Of a stretch of DNA of 64,000 bases, positions 21,786 through 33,399 are shown one piece after another. The stretch's first letter is position 1, and each line of letters starts with the position of its first letter. The notes under the pieces are model-generated. The model did no database searches. It was not told the origin of the DNA and saw only the letters and a list, made by a program, of their open reading frames with translations. The stretch spans positions 370,196-434,195 of the forward strand of contig CDRNVI010000065.1 of NCBI GenBank assembly GCA_977017575.1, given 5' to 3'. This stretch comes from Paramoeba atlantica. Its lineage: Eukaryota; Protista; Discosea. Both the position numbers and the translations under genes were made by a program.

Positions 21786-24377
21786 CTACGACAAGGCAGG
21801 CACAGAAACGCACGCCAAAACGGAAGAGGTGCGCTTCGCTAAGTTAACAGATGGTGGTGAAATCGTCTCAATTGAACCTTCCGTTTCATTCTGGCTATGA
21901 ACCTTCTCCAAATTATTTTTCCATATGGTGAGGCACTGATTTGCTAATCGAGTTCTAGATGGTTTTGGTGGAAGAAGAGAGTTCATATTAAATGGATAAC
22001 CTCGTGGCTTCTTCCGCAACAGAATATAAATTAATTGAGTTGAAATGTCTGGAAAAAAGGGAATAATGTCTGTCATACACAAGCTCTCAAACTCTGCTGT
22101 TGTACTCGTGCCCAATATTCGTTTCACGAGAAGAAGTGCATCGGTACTATGCTGAATAGCTGTGGTATTGCGTACATAATACTTATTAGCCACTCTTTCC
22201 CAACAATTTTTGAGGGATCTAGCATTGCGATCGATGTTTTCCACGGTCCCAACGTCGATTTCATCCTGAGCGGCGTAGACGGAGATTAAGCAATCAACGT
22301 AGGACACTGAAATCACGTGACAAATCCTGTGTAATACGTCAGACCCCCACAATTTCACACTTAGATGTCCGCTTATATCAGAGAAAAAATGATCCAACAG
22401 AGAGATCATCGAGACTTCCAAATAATTGGACTTCGGTTCTTCCATCGATTTCTTCAGAGCTGTGTGACAATTATTCGAAACGTAACTTGAAAGACACGAA
22501 AGCCACATGTCGCACGCGCTGTGCCGCAGCTCAAAAATAGTGTCGCGAGTGATATGCTCAATCTCTTCTATCCACTCATCGTGTTGGCTAATATCTTCCA
22601 TAGTTTGCAAAGAGCGAGATGCATTAACTTTCTCAATAACCATTTCCTCTACCTTTTGAGCGATGTTCTGCAGGGGGTATAAGTCATTTAATTGCGCAAG
22701 TACAAGCAATACGTAGCAATCATCCAAGTGCACTTTTTTTCCCATGCCATGCGCTTCATTCAAAGAATTTCTTTCGCCTGTACACATACAGCATACGTCT
22801 GGTGGATGCGTCCCCCTGTGGTTCTTCCATTCAACTGCGATCGTTTTCACATAGGATAGTATGCCTCGTGTGCTACATTTCAACAGTTCCAAGGCATAGG
22901 CTACCGGAAGAACACCCAGAGGTTGTTGAACTCCTTGAAAAATAATATCTCCGACATCAACCGGTCCTGGGGTGTTCACCAAACCTTTAGGATCGTACTC
23001 AAATCCACCGGGAAGATTTGTCTGCGCGCTGGACTCGCAACATGAAACTATTCGTACTCCGACAATCTTGACCCACTGGTTTTTGATGGTATTCAGCGTT
23101 TTGTGTAAATAGTAATCAGGGGAGAACTCGTCCTTCTTGGAAAGCATTCGACATGCATTACATGATAAATCCTGTAGAGCTCCTGAGTGCCATGCAATAT
23201 CACACTCGTCCGGGTACTCAAAATGGGGTGGTTCACTTACAAGAGAACTCAACAATTCGACACAATCTACAAATTCATGATTTCCCGCTCTTGTGGAATT
23301 GCTAATGCACAGTAAGTCCTCACAAAGACACGTTAACCAATGTGCTTTCATCCACACAGAGAAATCATGAAATCCCACAGAGACTTTTCCAACGGGCTCA
23401 ATCAGTCGTAAGAGAGTATCTGACGCTTTTTTCACCTGTGTAAAGAGGTCCGATTGGGACATTGCAAATTTCCCAATTTGTACATTTTTGGACCAAAAGG
23501 TTTTCAGAGCGCCTGCAAGCATGCTGTGGAACGTTAGAGCATCGCAAATACTTTTTTGACTGCTTGCAAATCCTTCTGAACTCCTCTTCTGTAACTCAAG
23601 CAAAGTGTCATAGATAAATTCTAAACGTACTGGAGATCGACGTTCATCTGCGCTGATTTGCAAGGCAAACTGAAGCAACGGATACGCCGGACTTCCTTTT
23701 CCTTCCAGGAATTCTGCTGTCTGGAACAATCCAAGTTGCCAAACTTCGTGCAACATCAGGAGAAGTTCTTGAAACCTTTTGAAGAAAGGGAGTAAAAGCT
23801 CTTCGCAACCACCAGATTCCACTTTCTTTGCATTGAATACTCTCTTAAAAGTGGGATAGAAAAGAAGAATCTCCTGGTGAGTAATTTCTAAAATATTTAA
23901 GTGACTTTTCTGAATCACTTTGAGCGTCTTACTTGTGCTTTTTCCACTTTTAATACTCTGGAGCTCGTGAATACGGTCAGAAATTCTGTCGAAAAACTCC
24001 AAGCATTGGCGAACTGCCATTATGTTTTCGCGAGTTTTGTACATGACTTTTACAGTGGCTTCCAAGACAGATGGAACATCTTGCAGGTTCTTATTTACTG
24101 CGCTTGATACATGTTTCGTTGTAGAAAAATCGCCGTTTCGATCACAAGAGTTATCCCCTTCCTTCACGCGGGACAGTCGAGTTATAGAGTTTTCAATTTC
24201 CTCGCGAAATGGCGTACTTTTTTCGAAAATCTTCGAAACCTGCCTATATCGAGAACGAAAATATGTATCTAGGGTCGCGAGTTTAAAGAAGCTCAAATGA
24301 GCCTGGACTTCCTCCTGTGTGAACTCAGTGTGTGAACTCAGTGTGTGAGTAGTGTAATCAAGATCATCAGTTTTCAT
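21786..24377 (-). CDS. SEC6: Exocyst subunit Sec6/EXOC3-like helical rod protein
   Basis: 863-aa predominantly helical sequence. NTPGPVDVGDIIFQGVQ resembles the Sec6 (Y/H)TPxxVDLFxI motif, and the length fits the family. Confidence 0.6.
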   Translation of the reverse strand: MKTDDLDYTTHTLSSHTEFTQEEVQAHLSFFKLATLDTYFRSRYRQVSKIFEKSTPFREEIENSITRLSRVKEGDNSCDRNGDFSTTKHVSSAVNKNLQDVPSVLEATVKVMYKTRENIMAVRQCLEFFDRISDRIHELQSIKSGKSTSKTLKVIQKSHLNILEITHQEILLFYPTFKRVFNAKKVESGGCEELLLPFFKRFQELLLMLHEVWQLGLFQTAEFLEGKGSPAYPLLQFALQISADERRSPVRLEFIYDTLLELQKRSSEGFASSQKSICDALTFHSMLAGALKTFWSKNVQIGKFAMSQSDLFTQVKKASDTLLRLIEPVGKVSVGFHDFSVWMKAHWLTCLCEDLLCISNSTRAGNHEFVDCVELLSSLVSEPPHFEYPDECDIAWHSGALQDLSCNACRMLSKKDEFSPDYYLHKTLNTIKNQWVKIVGVRIVSCCESSAQTNLPGGFEYDPKGLVNTPGPVDVGDIIFQGVQQPLGVLPVAYALELLKCSTRGILSYVKTIAVEWKNHRGTHPPDVCCMCTGERNSLNEAHGMGKKVHLDDCYVLLVLAQLNDLYPLQNIAQKVEEMVIEKVNASRSLQTMEDISQHDEWIEEIEHITRDTIFELRHSACDMWLSCLSSYVSNNCHTALKKSMEEPKSNYLEVSMISLLDHFFSDISGHLSVKLWGSDVLHRICHVISVSYVDCLISVYAAQDEIDVGTVENIDRNARSLKNCWERVANKYYVRNTTAIQHSTDALLLVKRILGTSTTAEFESLCMTDIIPFFPDISTQLIYILLRKKPRGYPFNMNSLLPPKPSRTRLANQCLTIWKNNLEKVHSQNETEGSIETISPPSVNLAKRTSSVLACVSVPALS

Positions 24378-26643
24378 TTGATGTAGATCTTCTTACAATA
24401 ATGTGAATGCTGCGTTACCGCGAACAAGAATCTATTATAAATTGCGGTGGTTGTACTACCGCTCTACCCTCGATTATTGAAAAAAGTGTACAAAAAAGTG
24501 AAAATATAAGAGGAACACGGTATAAATCTTACATTTCGGATTATTGTTACCTTTTGTGTTATTACCGTTTCGAATTTATTCCGAACCCCACAGCGTACCC
24601 CCCACAGCGAATAAGTCACCCCCCTCTTTTTTTTGTACAACGAGGCTTGGGGGGGTTGCGGCACCACTTTTTCGTTCAAAATTTTGAGATCTGCACGTTG
24701 CCGCTGTTTTTAGACCTCTTCACAGATAACAAATTAAAACTCATTTTTTTAATGACGTTTTTACATAGTCATGCCAATGTTACCAGAAAAATCTCATGTT
24801 CCTCGACCAGGGGGGGAGAAGGGGGTCAACATGAAAATGGCGTTACAGATCTTCGCTAGGGGGACGAGCTCCGCCTTCTGCCTTTTTGCCTTGCGCCTTC
24901 TCCTTCCTCTTCGACCTCGCGTGTAGCACGGTCGAGACGTATCGAATGAAACCAAAGCGTATACAGGTATAACAGGTCCTAAACTCTCAAAACAATAATT
25001 CTGCTCCCCGGGGCCAACACCATTTTTCGCCCAAGAATATCAGATTTCCCTGTGTTTTGACCTAGGATCTTGAATTCTTTACCAGTAGGGGTTGTTTAGG
25101 TATCTCATCGAAAAAACGTCATATAATGGTACCTGGGCTTCCAAGCTCTCAGACTACTGTTTGGCAATCTATTTTGAAAAAATATTTTTTTTTACTTTTT
25201 TTCGGTAAAAAAAAAAATTTTGATCCCCGCAAAATTGTTTGAAATTTTGTGGGACACCACCTGAGAGTACAGAGCAGAGTTGTATTATCATCTCCGAGTC
25301 GTGTGCTACCACTTCCCCTAACTTGAAAACAAGTATATTTGTTTTTACAAAAAAAATCGGCAAAAAAAGGGACCAGGTCCGGGCCAAATTTCGGGAAAAA
25401 GTGAACAAAATCTTTGGCGACCAACATACCATGGATTCAATTTGTAGTAATTTACTACATGAGTAATTGGTGTAGTAAATTACTACATTTGAATTGAACA
25501 TTACTACATCTTCTGCCGTATTATGCTGTGACGAATATACTTTCGCACTTGAGTACACTTTATGCACATGCCTTTATTGTAGTACTTCCAGGCCGATAAA
25601 TCACTGGGCTAGATGCCGGTGTCTGTGCTTCGTATTCGCAACACTTAATTTGCACCTTGATCGCCATAATAACCTTGACCGTTAACTGAATCTGATGATT
25701 TAACATTAATACTAATGGTTTAGTACTCAATTAAGCTGACTTTTTTCTTCAGGATGTAACCACGTCGGAAGAATTCGCCGACGTATTCTCTTTCTGTCAA
25801 GGTTGTGCGACACTGGATCATGAACGAATTCGATAATTATGCGATGTATGTGATGAAGAACAATATGATATGTGCTCAACTTAAAACACAAAGTGTGATG
25901 TATAGTACTTGATCTGAAACGGATCACTTGAAGATAGAAGCGCGCGGAAATTGGAATACCTATAGAGGGTTTGCAAGACACTAAGTGAAAACCACAGAAA
26001 AACTTAGATACGGTGAATACAAAAAAAATAATTAAAAACGTTGATGTGGACGTGGCTGGGAAGGTGAGGGTCGCTAAGCCCCAGCATTGCCAAAAGATAG
26101 GCAATATCCCTGACCTATGACCATCTTTACGGTGGTCAATTAAAATGATATTAAAATCGCGCTCATACAAGTAGAGATTTGGATTAAAGATTTAATGCTC
26201 TTCAACATAAATTTTATAACGGTTTGCACTAACAAGTCTAAGAGGGAAGAGTACACTGTATTAGTCTCCCGTCTGACATTCTTTTGATCACAACGCATCG
26301 GGCCGTACTTAATCGTCCGGCTCAATTTCGCAGCGCGATTGTTCCCGCCCACGCCCCCGAGTTAAGACCTCCAAATTTCCGCGAATGAACATCTGAGTAG
26401 CGATGGTGTCTGAGTCTAGGGAAGCTTGACGTGGATCATATTTCCAACCCACGATGGACAACAATGAATCACATGCAGTGACGATGGTAAGGTGTGAGGA
26501 GGGACCGCACCCTCCCTGGAAAGGGTAAAGTTGTTAAAGTTGGCCACTCTCGGGCCACGTGAGGGCAAAATTCAGGCAAAACAACGGCGAAATTTCTGAC
26601 AAACAATTAATATACGGTAGCGAGGGAGTAGTATTTCCCTCAA

Positions 26644-26682
26644 TACTGTACCCTAGTTACTGTACCCTAGTTACTGTACCCC
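26644..26682 (+). repeat. 14-bp tandem repeat TACTGTACCCTAGT x2.5 abutting a TIR
   Basis: Units start at 26644, 26658 and 26672; the last merges into the TIR at 26674. Confidence 0.85.
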
Positions 26683-26983
26683 TCCCGTTTATAATAGCCT
26701 CGCTTTTGCCCAAGTGAACCTACATATAAAGGGGGGGGGGGCGATACTTACTTATAAAGGGGGGGGGGCGATTAAAAGTTGGCACAGAAATCGCCCTACA
26801 TTTGGGAGCGAGGAACCAATAATTATCCAATCGCTAAGTGGGCCCCGGCACTCTGCCAAAGTAAAATGACCAACACGGCCCCGCGCGATACCTCGAAGAA
26901 CCATGTGAAAATAAATATCAAAATATTTAAGACGGCGCAAGAAAAATAAAAAAATTGCTCGGTTTGCCCAAAAAATGAACCCA

Positions 26984-29061
26984 CAGGGGGGTGCACGAAA
27001 ATATGGGGGGGGGGTCAAAATTCTTATAGCTCGGCCAATCTTGGAAAATAATAGCGCATTCGAGAGCTCTCGCAGAGTTACGTGTCATGTGATATCACGT
27101 TTTACGTAGTTTCCAGGTATATGCATTCTACTGAATACCGTAAATAGGGCAACTGCAAGTTTTTTTTCTGGTAAAAAAAAAGTTAGTATCCACAATTTCC
27201 ACCTTTTTTCTCCAACACAATTTTCACACGCGTTGGAACACTCTTTAAAGTTCTCAAAAATACATCGTATTGCTCCCCCTTTAATTTTTCGACCCCAGAA
27301 GCGATCGCTCGTCTCAAATCTTCACGATTCGTTGGACAAAGCGCGTTTTTATGCTCGTCCATTATTCCCCAAATGTTTTCTATTGGGTTTAAATCTAGGG
27401 ATTTGGGTGGCCAACACAACATCTTCACTCCTTCATCATTAAAGGCACGAAGAGTGCTATTGTGAATTGTACAATTATCCATAGCAACGACTGCCCCCCG
27501 ATGTCTTCGTAAAAAAGATAAGAAACCGTTACGTTGTAGCATAGTTTTTTTGAAAAGGTCTCCATTCACTGAAATTTTATTACCCTGTTGATCTTTATTA
27601 GGGAATTCATGAAAAAAGAAACCGTGCTTAATGCTGACCCCCATCCACACCATAATACCATCACCCCCCAACCACCTTTCCCGCTCACCGGCGTGCTCCT
27701 TTGGGGGGTCTGAACGACGGCAAAGGTAGGTAATTTTGCGTCTGCCCCCGCAAGTAAATTTTTTCTCGTCTGTCCAGACGATAGCCTCAAGCTGAGCAGG
27801 GGTCCATGTTGCCAACTCCTGGCATAGCTCTACTCGTTTCCTTTTGTGCTCCTTTGTGAGTGCAGGGTTTCGGGGGACTGTGCGGGATATGATACCCTCC
27901 TTCTTGAGGGAACGTATCAGAGCGCGACGGGAGCTGAAACCCTCTCCTACAAGAAGGTTCAGAAGGTGACCCCAAGAAGCGATACCATAGGTTTCATTCC
28001 TTGTTGCTTGATCAATAAGATTGAGTGCTCGCTTCAACAGAGGGCCAGATATTACAGGAGATTGGCGAGTTTTATAGGGAGACCTATCGACCTCACCAGT
28101 CGCTTCGTAACGCTGCACCCAACGCTTGATAGTGTCCTCGTGACACCTAAACGCCTTGGCGACAGCTGAAAAAGAATTAGTTTCCTCAAATTTTTAACCA
28201 AAAGTATCCTATGAGATGCTTTAAGTTGCCCACGAGGCGAATAGCAAAATCTACTCCGTTTCTGAACCTTTTTTTATTCGGTTATGATCATACGCTCGTG
28301 GCGCAGAGATACGTCTCTCTGTGTGACGGCCGATACCATCAGCGCATGACCCGCATACGACGGGTGTCACACAGAGAGTGGAGTGCGAGGTAGGAGACGA
28401 GTCGCCCATCGGTCATGCTACAGCACGTATAGCCATGGTTCATGCTGCAACACGGTCAAGCCGTGGGTTCATGCTGTCAGATGGTCTATCGTGGATCATG
28501 ATGCATCATGGGGAGGTCCGTTACCGCCGCACTCGCTACAGCATGTAGGAAGAGAGGGGTGCAAGTTCGCATCCCCTATACACGCATACAACGTGCCCTC
28601 CCGCTGTAGCACGCCCAGTGGTCCTCAAGGGAGGCCACCATGGCGCATAGCTCCCGGGAGAAGAAAGCACGAGAAGTAGAGAGCCGGGGAGGGAAGAAAG
28701 CTCACTCGAAGAGAGCGAGCCGGGGAGGGGTGAAGAGTGCGAAGTGCGTCCCCTACTATATATATGACCTACTATATATGACCCCTACTATACATGTATA
28801 TGACCTTTTCTGGGGCATGGTAGTGTATTAGGATCAAAAAAGTCGGTAAATTCACAAAAAAAAGTATTTTATTCAAAAAACTGCAGAATTTTTTGAAAAA
28901 TCATGATTTTTTTAATTTTTTTTAAAAAATTAAAAAATGCGGGAAACGCATTATCACATGACACGTAACTCTGCGAGAGCTCTCGAATGCGCTATTATTT
29001 TCCAAAATTGGCCAAGTTATAAGAATTTTGACCCCCCCCCATATTTTCGTGCACCCCCCTG
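26984..29061 (-). mobile_element. Tc1/mariner-superfamily (Tc1-like) transposon, 2078 bp
   Basis: ~110-bp near-perfect TIRs (26984-27094 / 28952-29061) starting CAGGGGGGTGCACGAAA. Flanks are TA on the right and CA on the left (probably a mutated TSD). Confidence 0.9.
27183..28118 (-). pseudogene. Tc1-like DDE transposase (DD32E), probably 5'-frameshifted
   Basis: Motifs WTDEKKF, VMVWMG-like, MDNCTIH and WPPKSLDLNPIENIWG. The frame extends upstream through an HTH (SFSAVAKAFRCHEDTIKRWVQRY) to a TAA near 28195 with no ATG. Confidence 0.85.
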
Positions 29062-29967
29062 TATAAAGGGGGGGACGGGTCTTGGCTATTATAAACAGGG
29101 GGGGTACAGTAATAATACTGTACCCTAATTATCTGTCACACGTCACCCCCACTAGTTATCTGTCACTTTTTGGGGCTTCGATTTTTTTTGTCGACTATCC
29201 CCCCTAGTTATCAGTCACCTTCTTAAAATAGGTAAATTACTACAATTTTTTTCTAAAAAAATCTTAAAACGAAATTTACATCTTTTTTTTGTGTTTCAAG
29301 CGAATGATCGTGCGTGGTACCCTCCCCATTTTTGATTTTTCAAGTTTGGACCACACGAAATTGCCTCAATTTTTTAGGATTGTTTCGAATGCAGTAGGAC
29401 AAATGCGTATGCAATGCATATGTGTTTGAACATGTACGAATACTTGAGCGGCACCCTGGTTCCGTATTCCAGCATTCTTGACACACGTTTAACAGCGTGT
29501 TGCCGGGGAGATCACTCGGGTACGCAAGCGGGCCCCTTAAGTGGGAAGCATTCTGGGCGGGGAAAAGACTCCGGATTTTTTTTCTCGGCGATCACAGTGC
29601 CAGGCAAGCTAATGTGTGTATACCACGCCCGAGATAATGGGGAGTTGCTATGTCCCCGGGCAGAAGGCTGTCCAGGGATTAGCAACACCCTCATAAAAAT
29701 TTTACCCCATGGGCTTCACTTCACGAAACTGCTGTATGCTCAATTTTGTACATATTGATCGGGGGGGGGTGAATATTAAAGGAGGGTCACTGCATGTCAA
29801 TTTATTATGTCGTAAAGAACTTCAACCCAAGTGTGATCATTCAAGAAGCCGTTATTTTACTTCAATTTAGGCGATCACAAGGATAACTGTTTAGATCAAG
29901 ACAAATATGGACCAACTTTTCAGGCACATTTCAGAGGAAAGTGGGGTGAACTATGATGTACGCTGCA

Positions 29968-30315
29968 TTAACAAAACCGATTCAGTGCGCGTCTGGGGAA
30001 AAATCGTGACCACATTTTGTACACGAATTTATTAAAATATGCTCCACGACCAAATAAGTTTCCGAAAAAGAGAAGAACGACCGAATATGTAGGCGACATT
30101 ACCAGGACGTACATCATTCGATATGCATTTGGCCCATGAAGGAGTGAACTATCATTGGGAATGTAAGCTTCGAGGCTTTTCGAACGACGGAAATAGTCCA
30201 TAATCGGACGAGCAACCAGCAAACTAGATGACCCCGCACAAGCGAATGTAGCACAGATTATTGCGTTCTCTTTTGTTAGTTTGTTGGCCATGGTAGACAT
30301 AAATATTTGTCTCAT
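29968..30315 (-). CDS. Small membrane protein, DUF6787-like
   Basis: FACAGSSSLLVARP and SPTYSVVLLFFGNLFGRGAYF..F..KMWSRF match the recalled pattern of the bacterial DUF6787 family (FAITGS.S..V.RP ... PIYQVLL..G.LFGQF.FF). Recalled similarity, not searched. Confidence 0.55.
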   Translation of the reverse strand: MRQIFMSTMANKLTKENAIICATFACAGSSSLLVARPIMDYFRRSKSLEAYIPNDSSLLHGPNAYRMMYVLVMSPTYSVVLLFFGNLFGRGAYFNKFVYKMWSRFFPRRALNRFC

Positions 30316-30383
30316 GAGAAATATTCAGATTGCTCCAAACACCATTCTTTCTAGTTTATTTTTGGTATAAGCTGAATGTATCA

Positions 30384-30670
30384 CTACCCCCCCTATTTAA
30401 TAGGGCTATGCGCGACGTCCCCTCCCTTTAATAGGACCTTCTAGTCTAGAAAGCCAAAAAGTATTTCCGGGAAGTAGAGAAAAATTTGTCGAATCACCAC
30501 TTTAATAGCTACCCCAACATCAAAAAATGCATCAAAAGACTTTGTTTAGCAACGACAAAAAAGGGGCCGCGAAGCGGCGCCGAATTTTTATTCACATCTT
30601 TTTCTATGTACCCCCCCTTTAACAGGACATTTTGTCCAAAATCGGAGCCCCGTTAAATAGGGGGGGATAG
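30384..30670. mobile_element. MITE family C, second copy
   Basis: Left end CTACCCCCCCTATTTAATAGGGCTATGCG matches the inverted right end of 16914-17218. Right end GTTAAATAGGGGGGGATAG followed by TA. Confidence 0.7.
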
Positions 30671-30672
30671 TA

Positions 30673-31134
30673 CTGTGCCCCCGCCCCACTTATTTGTCAC
30701 CAATTTTTCGAAAAAAAGACAATTAAGTGGGGGGGTCAACTTATTTGGTTATATGAAACAAAGGTCCCAAACTTTTTTCATTGAGACGACTGGGATGGCG
30801 GTGGGGAATGACTGAACTGTTCGTAGTGAGGGGAGAAGGGAGTGGTGGTGGGGGTGAATAACTATTATCCATACAATGGAAGAAACCCAAAAAAAGTTAG
30901 AAACCTAGCTAGGTATTGTGATATCAAAATTTTGAAGCAGACAACATATAAATACAAACTTACGTAGGGCTCTGATATACTGTATGTATGAGGTTCGTAG
31001 GGAAAAAATTGAGCCCCCCCCAACAAAAAAAAATCCGGCGCCGCTTCGCGGCGCCTCCTGCCCAGTCTCGTCGAAAAGGACAAATACGTGGGGAGGGGGG
31101 GGGGGACTATGAGGAATAAGTGGGGGGGGCACAG
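30673..31134. mobile_element. MITE family D, sharing a TA with the preceding MITE
   Basis: TIRs CTGTGCCCCCGCCCCACTTAT / ATAAGTGGGGGGGGGCACAG with TA at 30671-72 and 31135-36. Confidence 0.8.
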
Positions 31135-31524
31135 TATTTATCTAATCTAAAATGATACTCTGAGAAGACTCATTATGCTCAGAATGTTTAAATAACTTGT
31201 AACGCGATGCGAGTATTATTTTAAAAAGATGCGAAACAATGCTTCACTTCAAGGCTCTATTATCTAGACACCCTCTGGCTTCTTGCCTACAACACATGTT
31301 CCGAAGCGCAATCTTCGGAAGCTACGTCATCGCAAGGCGTGAAGACGCCACATGGTCCGACAAACCACAGAATGCTACCGAAGCAAACAGTTGTGCCGGC
31401 TCGCCAGGTATGAAATTGAATTGAAAAGATGTGTTTTACTTCGGAAACGATTGTGAGCTTGTAGATGAGTTTGTAGAAAGAGCCGTGAAGCTAATACGAT
31501 TTCACTAAATATACAGCCGTAAAT

Positions 31525-32223
31525 TTATCCCGGGGACAGTGGTTTCAGTGCCGATATTTTGTGGTGAGCGCGCAACATTTCAATCGCATACCACGTCTGT
31601 GTTTCAGGACAAAGACGAACGGCATGTAATTCATGCATTTCTAGGAGAACTTGAGCTGTGTGGAGTTTAACGCAACGGGATAGCCTTCGGTTCAATTCGG
31701 AGTTCTCGCTTTTCAAACATGCATCCAAAAAATGCCTCAATTGACGAACGATGTGAGGCGTCAGAGGAATCTTGTTGCGCAGTAAGTTAAGAGTGCTGCT
31801 TGAGAATACCTTAGGCGTTGGTATCGTAGTGTAAATCGCCAAAAGTAAGGTGAGAGCAAAGGTCCAACATTTCGGATTCGTCTTCCAGTTTGTAAGGGTA
31901 AAATATCCAATAATGTGAGAATACACAATCTGCAGGAATTCATTGTGTGTTGCGCAAATATGCTGGGGACACTCATGTGATGCATGAGGAATTTGGGCGT
32001 AAACTGCATCAAAATTTTCAGGGCGATAAAGGGCTAAATGTACTGAGATAAACCCCCCTCGCTCAAGCTCGCTCACAAGATTTCGTAGCAAACATTCACC
32101 TTCATTAATCTCAAAAGACTTCATGTAGAGGTTCGCAATATCCAAAGCAAGCGGTGAGATAGGAGACTTTTCTGGACGCGCATGTGCACGAGAGGCCATA
32201 GGGAAGAAAGAGAGAAACACCAA
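31525..32223 (-). CDS. Hypothetical protein
   Basis: 232-aa ORF on the cluster strand with helical composition. No motif recognised. Confidence 0.65.
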   Translation of the reverse strand: MVFLSFFPMASRAHARPEKSPISPLALDIANLYMKSFEINEGECLLRNLVSELERGGFISVHLALYRPENFDAVYAQIPHASHECPQHICATHNEFLQIVYSHIIGYFTLTNWKTNPKCWTFALTLLLAIYTTIPTPKVFSSSTLNLLRNKIPLTPHIVRQLRHFLDACLKSENSELNRRLSRCVKLHTAQVLLEMHELHAVRLCPETQTWYAIEMLRAHHKISALKPLSPG

Positions 32224-32484
32224 AGTAAATAGTCGAAATGCATATCTATTTTTATCATCTATTAAATTAGTTCATTGACAAAAGAAAATTCTCTCGTTGT
32301 ACTGTACTCAATACCCAAATCATACATAGATTTTCTCAAAAAAGTGACGTTAAGTCTATGCACAAGTAGCGTAAAGAATATCAATTCTCGAAAATGTCCG
32401 AAGACTCAAGGCCCTGGGCCTCTAGCTTCGCAGTCCTTGGACGGTACACGAAGGTTGAGCCAGTGTAGCTCGTATTCTGGATTT

Positions 32485-33399
32485 TTAAATGGTAATCGCA
32501 AAAATGGTTTCTTGTGCCCAATTTCTTTCCATATTCAGAAAGCGGTGCGCATCGGAACAAAACTTACTATTTCCTAGTAAATACGCACCTTTTCCGTCTC
32601 CAAATTTATTACTGTCATGAAATAGCGAAAGCAAATTATTGTCTATTGCACCATAGCCACCAGCCCACTTCGATATTGCATTTTCTACGGTCAAATGTGA
32701 GGAAAAACTAATGTTCGACTGAAGAGCAATACGTTTTTGCAAGGATATTAGTTCTTTAAGCAAAGCAAGATCTGAAGTTGTTTTCGCTGCATACAAGAGA
32801 TGAATTTCTAAAGTTCGGCTGCACTTCCAGTAATAATTGATTTGCTGTGTTAGTATATCAAATGCATAAGCCATGGCCATTGATCCATTAACAACAAATA
32901 ACAACTGATTGTGCTCGAAGTCACCCACTTTTGTTCTTATCGGTCCCTTGACAGAGATATCTTCTGTGGGGCGCAAGCAATGCAAAAAAATGGAATTAGG
33001 AGAAGATTTTCTTCTCCGGACAAGAACGTCGAAATCATTGCCATTGCTTTCCGGGGAGTATACTGATTTTACTGCAGGATAGTATTCCTCATTCCCTTCT
33101 AAGTCTTTCACTATTATCTCAGAGTAGGATGGCGATTCCGAAGATTTCACATCCGGAAGCAAGCACTCAAGAGTGATTCTCTTTACTTCTGATGTTTCAT
33201 AAATAGTGCGTTTAACGGGACAAGTGGTGAATCTTTCACTGGAGACAACGTTATATTCCTTTCCCGGCAGGTCCTCAACATTTTTCCCTTCCTTTTCTCT
33301 ACAAAATACAGTTCCCCAGAATTGATGTTGAATCAGGCTTGCAAGGCACCATGATCCTGCTGTGCTAGCAAAAAGCAGCCTATTGTAGAACTGCGTCAT
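32485..33399 (-). CDS. Divergent NADH-cytochrome b5 reductase-like (FNR family) protein
   Basis: N-terminal hydrophobic anchor, then the family order FDVLVR, S-x-FLH-x-L, VKGP, LLFVV, IHLLYAAKT, DLALLKEL and W-x-G-x-x-G-x-ID. Cofactor motifs are degenerate. Confidence 0.7.
   Translation of the reverse strand: MTQFYNRLLFASTAGSWCLASLIQHQFWGTVFCREKEGKNVEDLPGKEYNVVSSERFTTCPVKRTIYETSEVKRITLECLLPDVKSSESPSYSEIIVKDLEGNEEYYPAVKSVYSPESNGNDFDVLVRRRKSSPNSIFLHCLRPTEDISVKGPIRTKVGDFEHNQLLFVVNGSMAMAYAFDILTQQINYYWKCSRTLEIHLLYAAKTTSDLALLKELISLQKRIALQSNISFSSHLTVENAISKWAGGYGAIDNNLLSLFHDSNKFGDGKGAYLLGNSKFCSDAHRFLNMERNWAQETIFAITI

Larger units (their letters stand above)
26674..29109. mobile_element. Outer TA-flanked TIR element hosting the Tc1-like element
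   Basis: 26-bp TIRs CTGTACCCCTCCCGTTTATAATAGCC / GGCTATTATAAACAGGGGGGGTACAG (2 mismatches) with TA at 26672-73 and 29110-11. Confidence 0.75.

Noticed and set aside
24594-24868. Weak TIR pair CGTACCCCCCACAGCGAA / TTCGCTAGGGGGACG
   Set aside because: Too many mismatches and no TSD. Probably an old MITE but not callable.
25727-26170. 147-aa ORF with a DP..N..R.RIR..ILP stretch reminiscent of TilS
   Set aside because: No PP-loop or other TilS motif, and it lies in a TE-rich spacer. Not supportable.
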